NCBI GenBank assembly: GCA_964016885.1
Contig: CAXHJY010000590.1
Span: forward strand, 42,137-106,136
Reading direction: 5' to 3'
Source: Eledone cirrhosa
Taxonomy: Eukaryota
DNA length: 64,000 bases
The notes under the pieces are model-generated. The model did no database searches. It was given only the letters and a program-made list of their open reading frames with translations, and had not been told where the DNA came from. Position 1 is the stretch's first letter. Each line of letters opens with the position of its first letter. The translations under genes were made by a program, and so were the position numbers. Shown here piece by piece: positions 1-12,178 of this stretch.

Positions 1-58
1 GAAGAGGGGAGCGAGAGAGATAGCGGGAAGAGTGGGGGGGGTCAGAGGGAGAGAGAGA

Positions 59-100
<42 letters not shown>

Positions 101-212
101 CGTTGATCTAGAGAGAGGGAGAAAGAGAGCTCGTTGATCGAGAGAGAGAGAGGGGGAGAGAGAGAGAGAGAGAGAGAGGAAGGAGAGAGATAGAGACAGC
201 GTGAGAGCGTGA
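1..212. repeat. (GA)n purine microsatellite, degenerate
   Basis: Direct reading of GA dinucleotide runs. Confidence 0.9.
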
Positions 213-324
213 GCAACTGCAGTTCATAAATATAAAAATAAATTTTTAAATCTAAATTTAAATTAATGAATGGAAGAAACCGGAAACAGAGATATAGAAA
301 CACGATGTAAATGTCTGTTTACAA

Positions 325-817
<493 letters not shown>

Positions 818-1321
818 TCATCATCATCATCATCATCATCAGGTTTAGCGTCCGTGTTCCACGCTTGCATGGGTTCGGGGGTTTTCCCACTTGAGGCAAG
901 AGTGGTTGTCTTGCTCGCATAGGACTGTCTGGCGGGTTTTCTACAGTTGGATGCCCTTCCTAACACCAACCACATTTACAGTGTGGGGCTGGGAGGTTTT
1001 TACCGTGTTGCCTACACGGCCACATTACAGCGTGGACTGTCTGGCGGGTTTTCTACAGCTGGATGCCCTTCCTAACACCAACCACATTTACAGTGTGGGG
1101 CTGGGAGGTTTTTACCGTGTTGCCTACACGGCCACATTTACAGCGTGGACTGTGTGTTTTTTGTCATGACACCTACACGATCTCATTTGTTTCGGCCTGG
1201 ATGTTGTGGGACCAACATAACTTTACATTGAAAGGGGCGGTGTGGGTGGGGTGGAGGTGGTGGGACGGGGGTGTGTTTTGATAGAGGTGCCTACTGACTG
1301 TAGTAGGTTTTTACTTTGTAT

Positions 1322-4300
1322 TTAGGTAAGGCGGGTCTTCTCTATTACTGAGTACCGCCAAAGGTCTCGCTCCAGTGACATTGTCTTGGAGAGGTGTAAG
1401 CGTGTGAGGTCGGAATTTATCAGCTCGTCCCATGTTTTTCTGGGTCTGCCTACTCCGTGGCTACCGTCTATCTTTATTGCCCTGCACTTTGTTATACAGC
1501 TGTCGTCTTTCATGCGCATCACGTGACCGTACCAACGTAGCCTTCTCTCGAGTAAACAACATCTGATCCCTCTTATCTCTAATTTATTCCTTAGTTCGTT
1601 TATGCTTTGCCGTTCACGTATATTACTATTACACATCCAGCGGAGCATGCAAGCTTCGTTCCTCTCTAGTCTGCGTATATCCTCTGCACACAATGCCCAG
1701 GTCTCACTGCCATGCAGCATTGCTGTTCGTATGCAGGCATCGTATAACCTGCCTTTCATTTTTAGGGAGAACCCTCTAGCGGCTAATAGTGGTATAACCT
1801 CTCTGAACTTTTTCCATCCAGTTCTGACTCTAGCTACTGTACTTTCAGAGCACCCTCCCCCACTGCTGATTTTGTCACCCAGATAACGGAAGCTGTCCAC
1901 TATTTCTATAGAACCCTCTGCGCAGTTGAAGGAGCTAGTATTTTGTGGGCACTTGCTGCTACTTATTGCACCAGAGCACCGGCCACATGTAAAATCTATG
2001 TTCTTAGTTAGCTTACCTGTGATCCCACTACATCTTTTATGCACCCATACTTTGCATTTGGGACATAAAATGGAGTTTCTACCTACGCCTTTCCTACACA
2101 CTGAGCATGGCCATTTCCCCGATGGGACCGCCGCCTTATTTTCTTTCCTACAAACTAGAACTTTAGTCTTAGCCAGGTTAATTTTAAGGCCTTTTGATTC
2201 TAGGCCGTGCTTCCACGTTTGGAATTTCTTCTCTAGTTCGGTCATTGATTCAGCTATGAGCGTTAGATCATCTGCGTATAGGAGTTCCCATGGGCAGCCG
2301 GTCTTGAACTCCTCTGTTATAGCCTGAAGGGCAATAATAAATAGTAGGGGGCTAAGTACAGAGCCCTGATGGACACCAACTTTTACGCTAAACTCTTCAC
2401 TATATTCGTTGTTAATTCTAACCTTACTGACTGTTTCTTTATACATGGCTTGTATAGCTCTCACAAGCCATTCATCAACACCTAGTTTTCTAAGAGACCA
2501 CCAGATAATGGAACGGGGGACTCTGTCGAAGGCTTTCTCCAAGTCGACAAAAGCTAAGTATAGGGGTTTACTTTTAGCTAGGTACTTCTCCTGTAGTTGT
2601 CGTACAATGAAAAGAGCGTCTGTGGTACTTTTGCCTGACACAAACCCGAACTGCATTTCATCTAGATCAATTCTCTCTCTGATTAGTTGCGCTATTACTT
2701 TTTCCGTGACCTTCATGACCTGGTCGATTAATTTAATGCCTCTATAGTTACTCCTATCTAGGGCATCTCCTTTTCCCTTATAGCAGTTAACGATGATGCT
2801 GCTACGCCATTCCTTCGGAACAACCCCATTCTGTACGACTTGGTTAACTATCCGGGTGACCATGGTGTGTCCCACCGAACCAGATGCCTTCAGCATCTCA
2901 GCAACTATTTCCGAAGGCCCAGCCGCCTTACCCGTCTTCATATCTTTGATTGCCTTACTTATTATACTACCTTTAACTAACACTGCTGGTCCCTCTATTG
3001 GATCGATCTGGGGGAGACTGTCTTTCTCCCATTTGTTCTCCTCATTTAGAAGCCTTTCGTAGTGACACTTCCAAGCTACCTTCTTATCAGCGTCGGTGAT
3101 GGCAAGTATGCCATCATCGTTAAGTACACACTTCTCCCCGACAATATCACGGTTTTCCTTGACACATTGCCTGGCAATCCTGAACACCTCACGTTTTTGG
3201 TCCTCACGTTGTAGAACATGCTTGAACTTTCTTTCCTCTGCTTCCCTTCTTGCGAAGTACACTTGTCTCCTAGCTTCCCTCCTGGCCACTTGATAGTCTT
3301 CTCTACTTCCCCCATCCCGCCATACTTTCCAAGCCTGCTTTTTGGCCTTAATTGACTCCTCCACCTTACTGTTCCACCACCATGTTACTCTCCTCCTACC
3401 TACAGGCCTGCTCCAGCCACAGACTTCGTCTGCCGCCGTCAGCAGGTTTGCTCTCAGGAATTCCCACTGTTCCTCTATATTATACGACTCTAATTGCTCT
3501 TCCTTACTGTCGAAAGCGTCAAGTAATTTGCTTTGAAATTTATTTCTGGCTATGGGGTCCTTTAGCTTCCATATTTTTCTCCTGAGGATAGTCCTCTTTC
3601 GCTGTCTAGTACGTCTCGTCCTGACTATGAGGTCGCTAATTATCAGTCTATGTTGGGAGGTGAATTCTTCATGGGGGTGGGATTTAGTGTTAACAACAGA
3701 CACTCTGTCACGTCTTCTGGTAAGGATATAATCTACCTGGCTTGTGTGTTCCCCCGATCTATAGGTGATCAAGTGATTGTCTCGTTTTTTGAAGTTAGTG
3801 TTACAGATAGTTAAGTTATTTGCGTCGCAGAATTCCAGGATTCTGGAGCCTTCCTCATTTCTAGTACCGAACCCATAGCCTCCATGGATTCCGTCATAGC
3901 CGTCACAATGTTGTCCAACGTGACCATTTAGGTCGCCTGCAATAACTATATAGTCACTGTCGGTTATTTGGGAGGTAGCGAGCATCAGTGTCTCGTAGAA
4001 TCTGTCTTTTATAGCGCGGGGCTGTCCGGATTGGGGTGCGTACGCAGATATTACTGTCACCGTAGTTTTATTGAGGACAAGTCTTATTTTAATTATTCTG
4101 TCGTTCACTCTATTTACGTCTATTATCTTATCTGCCCACTTTTCTGCTACCATGATTCCTACCCCACCCAACCCATTGTCATTTCCCACCCAGAAAAGCT
4201 TATAGCATCGCTCTTTACCCACGATGAATCTAGCCGACCTTCCCCTCCACCTGGTCTCTTGAATACAACAAACATCGACCTCCTTACGTTCAAGCATTTC

Positions 4301-4342
4301 TACAACCTCGTTAGAGCGACCCTTTAAGGTGCCTACATTCAT
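1322..4342 (-). CDS. RTE LINE polyprotein (1006 aa): APE endonuclease + reverse transcriptase + internal PHD finger
   Basis: APE motifs NVGTL, CCIQETRW, SAYAPQ, GDLNGHVG, QVDYIL. RT motifs NYRGIKL, QFGF, FVDLEKAFDRV, GVHQGSVLSP, YADD, FRYLG. RTE-type C-terminus [11 protein letters not shown]...GRPRKTW. Confidence 0.96.
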   Translation of the reverse strand: MNVGTLKGRSNEVVEMLERKEVDVCCIQETRWRGRSARFIVGKERCYKLFWVGNDNGLGGVGIMVAEKWADKIIDVNRVNDRIIKIRLVLNKTTVTVISAYAPQSGQPRAIKDRFYETLMLATSQITDSDYIVIAGDLNGHVGQHCDGYDGIHGGYGFGTRNEEGSRILEFCDANNLTICNTNFKKRDNHLITYRSGEHTSQVDYILTRRRDRVSVVNTKSHPHEEFTSQHRLIISDLIVRTRRTRQRKRTILRRKIWKLKDPIARNKFQSKLLDAFDSKEEQLESYNIEEQWEFLRANLLTAADEVCGWSRPVGRRRVTWWWNSKVEESIKAKKQAWKVWRDGGSREDYQVARREARRQVYFARREAEERKFKHVLQREDQKREVFRIARQCVKENRDIVGEKCVLNDDGILAITDADKKVAWKCHYERLLNEENKWEKDSLPQIDPIEGPAVLVKGSIISKAIKDMKTGKAAGPSEIVAEMLKASGSVGHTMVTRIVNQVVQNGVVPKEWRSSIIVNCYKGKGDALDRSNYRGIKLIDQVMKVTEKVIAQLIRERIDLDEMQFGFVSGKSTTDALFIVRQLQEKYLAKSKPLYLAFVDLEKAFDRVPRSIIWWSLRKLGVDEWLVRAIQAMYKETVSKVRINNEYSEEFSVKVGVHQGSVLSPLLFIIALQAITEEFKTGCPWELLYADDLTLIAESMTELEKKFQTWKHGLESKGLKINLAKTKVLVCRKENKAAVPSGKWPCSVCRKGVGRNSILCPKCKVWVHKRCSGITGKLTKNIDFTCGRCSGAISSSKCPQNTSSFNCAEGSIEIVDSFRYLGDKISSGGGCSESTVARVRTGWKKFREVIPLLAARGFSLKMKGRLYDACIRTAMLHGSETWALCAEDIRRLERNEACMLRWMCNSNIRERQSINELRNKLEIRGIRCCLLERRLRWYGHVMRMKDDSCITKCRAIKIDGSHGVGRPRKTWDELINSDLTRLHLSKTMSLERDLWRYSVIEKTRLT

Positions 4343-4545
4343 GGTACCAACTCTGAAGTTTTGGATTGCGTTTGGAGGGTGGGAGCGGTGGGGCGCGGGG
4401 TTATGTTAGCCATCCTGGGCCGAAACAAGGAGGAGTGCTTGCATTCTCGTCCACGAGGTGAATTTGGCTTTATCTTTGGCATTGTCGCTGAGCGTCCACA
4501 TTTTTCTCTCTTCAACTCTCCAGAATTCCGTAGTCCATCCATCAT
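4339..4545 (-). CDS. Short upstream ORF (~68 aa from first ATG) whose TGA overlaps the polyprotein ATG (ATGA)
   Basis: Stop at 4339-4341 overlaps ATG at 4340-4342. The polyprotein frame is closed upstream by TAA at 4406-4408. Confidence 0.45.
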   Translation of the reverse strand: MMDGLRNSGELKREKCGRSATMPKIKPNSPRGRECKHSSLFRPRMANITPRPTAPTLQTQSKTSELVP

Positions 4546-4687
4546 ATCGAAAAGCAACCAGTTAAGCGATAGTATGGGCCTCTGACTTATGATTGGTCCA
4601 CGTAATAATGGTGGTGCGTGGGGGCGGGAGGGAGGGATGATGGGTTGTTAGCGAGAATGTAAGGTTTAAGATAAGATCGCCGTATTT

Positions 4688-5475
4688 TGGGCATGATTTA
4701 ACAATAAACGAAAATACAAGATTTGTTTTGTTTAAGAAATTACAATAGAGAAAATGCGGTGATAGGGAAAATATGATTTTTAGAGAAAAGATATGATATA
4801 TAATGGTGAAAATACGATATAGTGTGAAATTAGGACATAGAAGTGATTGAATGAATGGGTTCGAATGGAGAGAAGAATCGAGAAAAAATTGGGCATAATT
4901 TAACAATAAACGAAAATACAAGATTTGTTTTGTTTAAGAAATTACGATAGAGAAAATGCGGTGATAGGGAAAATATGATTTTTAGAGAAAAGATATGATA
5001 TATAATGGTGAAAATACGATATAGTGTGAAATTAGGACATAGAAGTGATTGAATGAATGGGTTCGAATGGAGAGAAGAATCGAGAAAAAATTGGGCATAA
5101 TTTAACAATAAACGAAAATACAAGATTTGTTTTGTTTAAGAAATTACGATAGAGAAAATGCGGTGATAGGGAAAATATGATTTTTAGAGAAAAGATATGA
5201 TATATAATGGTGAAAATACGATATAGTGTGAAATTAGGACATAGAAGTGATTGAATGAATGGGTTCGAATGGAGAGAAGAATCGAGAAAAAATTGGGCAT
5301 AATTTAACAATAAACGAAAATACAAGATTTGTTTTGTTTAAGAAATTACGATAGAGAAAATGCGGTGATAGGGAAAATATGATATATAATGGTGAAAATA
5401 TGATATAGTGTGAAATTAGGACATAGAAGTGATTGAATGAATGGGTTCGAATGGAGAGAAGAATCGAGAAAAATT
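4688..5475. repeat. ~3.9 tandem copies of a 202-bp monomer in the RTE-A 5' region
   Basis: Near-identical units start ~4688, 4890, 5092 and 5294; the last has a ~21-bp deletion. The 202-bp period is also shown by the repeated ORFs at 4830 and 5032. Confidence 0.93.
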
Positions 5476-5782
5476 TGAACGTTACTTTATACCGAAGGGA
5501 ACAGCCATCCCAGAAATAGCGAGTTGGCGATTTTGATTAATTTTGGTAGGGTTTTATCTTATATGTATAGAGAGGGAGGGGGGGGGGGGGCAGGAACCAG
5601 CATGATGGATGGGTAGGGGGTAGAATATGGGATGGAGCAGAGGTTAAAAGTTTAAATAGGTACTCGAAGATTTGCGTAAAACTTAGCAAGTTTAACAAAT
5701 TATATTTAAAGGAATATATAATAGTGATAGCGAGAATGTAAGGTTTAAGATAAGATCGCCGTATTTTGGGCATGATTTAACA

Positions 5783-7920
<2,138 letters not shown>

Positions 7921-8115
7921 ACATTATGTAGATACATCTACCAAGAGTTTACGGTAGTGTCCAATCCGTATGAAGAACTCAATGTATTCCGGATATCATG
8001 GAAAGAAGAGATGTAATGAAAAACCACTTTCGGTGAAAGATAAACGGTATACAGAGTCAAGATAAAATATTAAACAAATAATGAATAAACAATTCCTTAT
8101 ATTAAACAAAAAAAG

Positions 8116-8270
8116 TTCATTATTTAACGATCGTTTCTAGGGCATATATGTGTTATAATTGGTATGCATATTCAACAGATCTATGTACAAAATTATACAA
8201 AATTATACAAATTATCAAGATTAAATATACATACCTAACACATATATACGCCGTCTTCAGAAATAATGAA
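8116..8270 (-). ncRNA. Type I hammerhead ribozyme motif in PLE repeat (copy 1)
   Basis: Minus strand reads TTCATTATTT-CTGAAGA-[long stem II]-GAAAC-GATC-GTT-AAATAATGAA. Stem I is a perfect 10 bp; stem III region is palindromic (AACGATCGTT). Confidence 0.75.
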
Positions 8271-9208
8271 GTATATTTATTGATAATAACAACAATTCAA
8301 AATTTCAGTTCAAAATTGACCAATGAAAACACAAAGGGTTAAAAGCAGTTCGGTGTGTGTATATACATGTAAAATCCTTACACATATTTTACAAAAATGT
8401 ATGTATAACTTGTATACGCATACTAAAAAGATGGATGCAAACACAAAATTTCAAGGTTAATATCTCTGTAAGCTTAAAATGCGCTGATAAGATGCGCATT
8501 GATACTTATGGAGTCAAGCATATACATATATTTTTTCATATTCACACATATCAGTACAATCACACATACACGCGCGTATATGCATAAATATACACATAAC
8601 CACGAACATACAAACACACACACACCCCCACTCACATTTATATATGTGGATATAAAATCATAAGCGCATGGATATTAAATCACTCACATAAAACACTGGC
8701 ACACACATTTCAAGATCAAGATACAGAAATTAGGTGGGAGGGGGGGGAGGGGTCAGTATTCAATTGTCTGAGCAGACTGCCTAATATAAATGTATCTATA
8801 AATTAAGAAAAATAAAAAAATAAAACAATAAAATATAATAAATATAATATAATATACATACACATACAGATATATACACATACATACATGTACGCGCACA
8901 TAGAAATATTTACGCATACACACATACACACATACATATACAGTCATACACACACATACACTTACACGAACATACACATACACATATATAAAGATATATA
9001 TATACACACACACACACACGCAACACATACACACATACACATATATATAAAAAATGAATAATAAAGATATATATCCATATATATATACACACACATATAT
9101 ATATATATATATACATATATATACATATACATACACATACATCTAAATATACATACACATACATACACACATACATGTACATACATGTACATACATATAC
9201 GCACATCG

Positions 9209-9257
<49 letters not shown>

Positions 9258-9605
9258 TAGACATATAGATACATACACACACAACTTACATACACATATA
9301 TATATATATAGATGTACATTCATACATAGAATTAGATATATAATCATACATACATATGCACCTACTTATACTCATATATATAAATACATACGCTTCCATA
9401 TATGCGTATATACATAAAAAACACTACAACCTCACCTAACTCAGACATACAAATAAAAATAATAATCAAAAGGCATATGTATATACATACACACACGCAT
9501 TAATAGAGATATATATATATACACACATACATACACATATATATATATACATATATATACACATACATATATATATATACATATATATATACACACACAT
9601 ACACT

Positions 9606-9637
<32 letters not shown>

Positions 9638-9720
9638 AACATATATATCCACACACTCATACCACCATAAATACACATACAAACACCCACATATATATAT
9701 ATATATATATATATACACAC

Positions 9721-9759
<39 letters not shown>

Positions 9760-9906
9760 TAAAAAACAGACATGCACATATATATATATATATTTTTTTA
9801 CACTTATATATACACATATTATATACACATACACAACCTCACTTATACACATATACACATAAGTTATATTATAATAATAAAGAATAATATACATATATAT
9901 ATATAC

Positions 9907-9943
<37 letters not shown>

Positions 9944-10064
9944 CATACATACACATACATACATACACATAAACATATACATACATAAATACACACATAC
10001 GAATAAAGACATATATTCACATATAGATACCTATATATATATATATATATCTATATATATATAT

Positions 10065-10117
<53 letters not shown>

Positions 10118-11256
10118 GACACACATACACACTCACATATATATATATATATATATATGTGTATGTGTGTGTGCGCACATACACATATATACACACACAC
10201 ATACAAACACACACAAACACATACATATGCATACGTGCACACACACACACATATATCACATAGATACGAAGATAAACATATAAATAGAGAGACATACATA
10301 TATATACAACATACCTACACATACATACATACATACGCATATACATACACATATATATATATACATATATATATATATATTCCCATATATACAAGCATAC
10401 ACATACATACACATACATACACATATACATACAACACATTCACATACACATACATATATAATGCATATATATACATATATATACATACATATGTACACTC
10501 ATATATACACACGCAATCTTACATTCATATTTGCATGCGCATATATGTATTTTTATATTTAGATATAAATACCCAAACCTATATAGACACCTACCTACAT
10601 ATATATATTCATACATAGACGCTTACAAATACAGATGATAATAGTATGGTGGAAAGGGGGGGTTTGGAGAAGGGGATCAAAGTAAATATATGTTTCAAGA
10701 AACATATAATATTTTCCGTATCTTTATTCAATGTATGTTCTTACATATTTTCAGTGCTAGGAAATACGACAAACAAGAAAAGGCAAAATCTATGCATCTC
10801 AAAATAAATAAGTATACCATTAATCATATGTTAACTAAACCAAAGATAGTCAACATATTGATTTCTAAGGTGTAAATTAGTTAGGTTTATAATATTTGAA
10901 GCAGAATTTTGAAGTCAAACAGTAGTAGATTATTAATTACAGTATAACTAAATTAAAGTTAATAACGTTATGGTATCAATATTAGGAAATGAATTTAGTA
11001 ATAGGGAAAAGAAACCCAAATAAAAATAAAATAAAGTATTACATCGGTAGTAGCATATAAATTATATGTTAACTAAATTAAAAATTATATATTTATTTCA
11101 ATAGTATATGTTAATTAGTATATGTTAATTAGGTATACAATACATAAAGCAGATATTGTATTTCATCAATAGCATAATATAATTATATGCAAATAGAAAT
11201 CAAAATTAATACGCATACATATACATATACATACACATACACATATACATACATAT

Positions 11257-11297
<41 letters not shown>

Positions 11298-11368
11298 TAC
11301 ACATATATACATACATACAGATACACATACACACACATACATACACATACACATATACATATACATAT

Positions 11369-11714
11369 GGAGGCATATGGCTTAGTGGTTAGAGCATTGG
11401 CCTTGCAATCGAAAGGTTGTGAGTTCAATTCTCAGACCGGGTGATGTGTTGTTTCCTTGAGCAAGAGACTTTATTTCACATTGCTCCAGTTTACTCAGCT
11501 GTAGAAATGAGATGATAGGGACTGGGGTCTCTATCATTCCACTGCAAAGTGGTCGTGGAGGTGCCACGGCAAAAAAGCACCCAGCACTCACTGTAAATGA
11601 GGTTGGTGTTAGGAAGGGCATCCAGCTGTAGAAATCATGCCAGAATCAGTTCCCGTCCCACCCTTGCAAGCAGGGAAAAGCGGACGTAAAATGAAATGAT
11701 GATGAAATGATGAT
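11369..11714 (+). mobile_element. tRNA-derived SINE with RTE-B-type 3' tail, inserted in PLE unit 1
   Basis: A-box-like TGGCTTAGTGG, B-box-like GAGTTCAATTC, central CCTTGAGCAAG domain, tail CCCGTCCCACCCTTGCAAGCAGGGAAAAGCGGACGTAAAATGA(TGA)n. Absent at the equivalent site (~18230) of unit 2. Confidence 0.9.
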
Positions 11715-12178
11715 ATCTTTTTCAAAAAATTGCACAGAATATATTAACTAGGTATATATCCAAAACACATCCCATTCTATGATTACATGACATTCTGCAA
11801 TTCGTCTGTATAAGGATACTAATTTTAAGCAAATTAAAATTAAAATTTTTAGGTTGATTAAAACTAAAACCAAATAATAAATATATTTCCAAAATGTATA
11901 ATAATTAGGTCTATAATACTAAAAATTATTTCTCTGTCATTGGATACACGATATTATTATGTTATATTTTATCTGTAAAAGAGTTATAATAAAAGGTTTA
12001 AATAAATTAAAATTAATCTATAAATTAAATTACTAAGTATATATTAGTAATATTTAAAGGTTTTTCACAATTTATGATTACATAATATTTTATATTCTCA
12101 TCTGTAATAAAATATTTATTAAATTAAATTTATAGGTTAACTAACATTTAAATTAAATTAATTTCTAGAATAATGTTA

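Larger units (their letters stand above)
818..5782 (-). mobile_element. Apparently full-length RTE-clade non-LTR retrotransposon (family A here)
   Basis: (GAT)n 3' tail at 818-840 (reads CAT on +), ~480-nt 3'UTR, single intact APE+RT ORF, ~1.4-kb 5' region. Both ends abut (TA)n. Confidence 0.92.

Noticed and set aside
1602-4327. Plus-strand ORFs antisense to RTE-A, and equivalents antisense to the other RT ORFs
   Set aside because: Shadow ORFs on the opposite strand of real coding sequence.
4562-5325. Three repeated ~97-119-aa ORFs
   Set aside because: By-product of the 202-bp tandem monomers; non-ATG starts and no domain.
11369-11445. tRNA gene (also 32578, 41479, 49880-49960)
   Set aside because: A/B boxes are present but continue into SINE bodies and tails; no complete cloverleaf.
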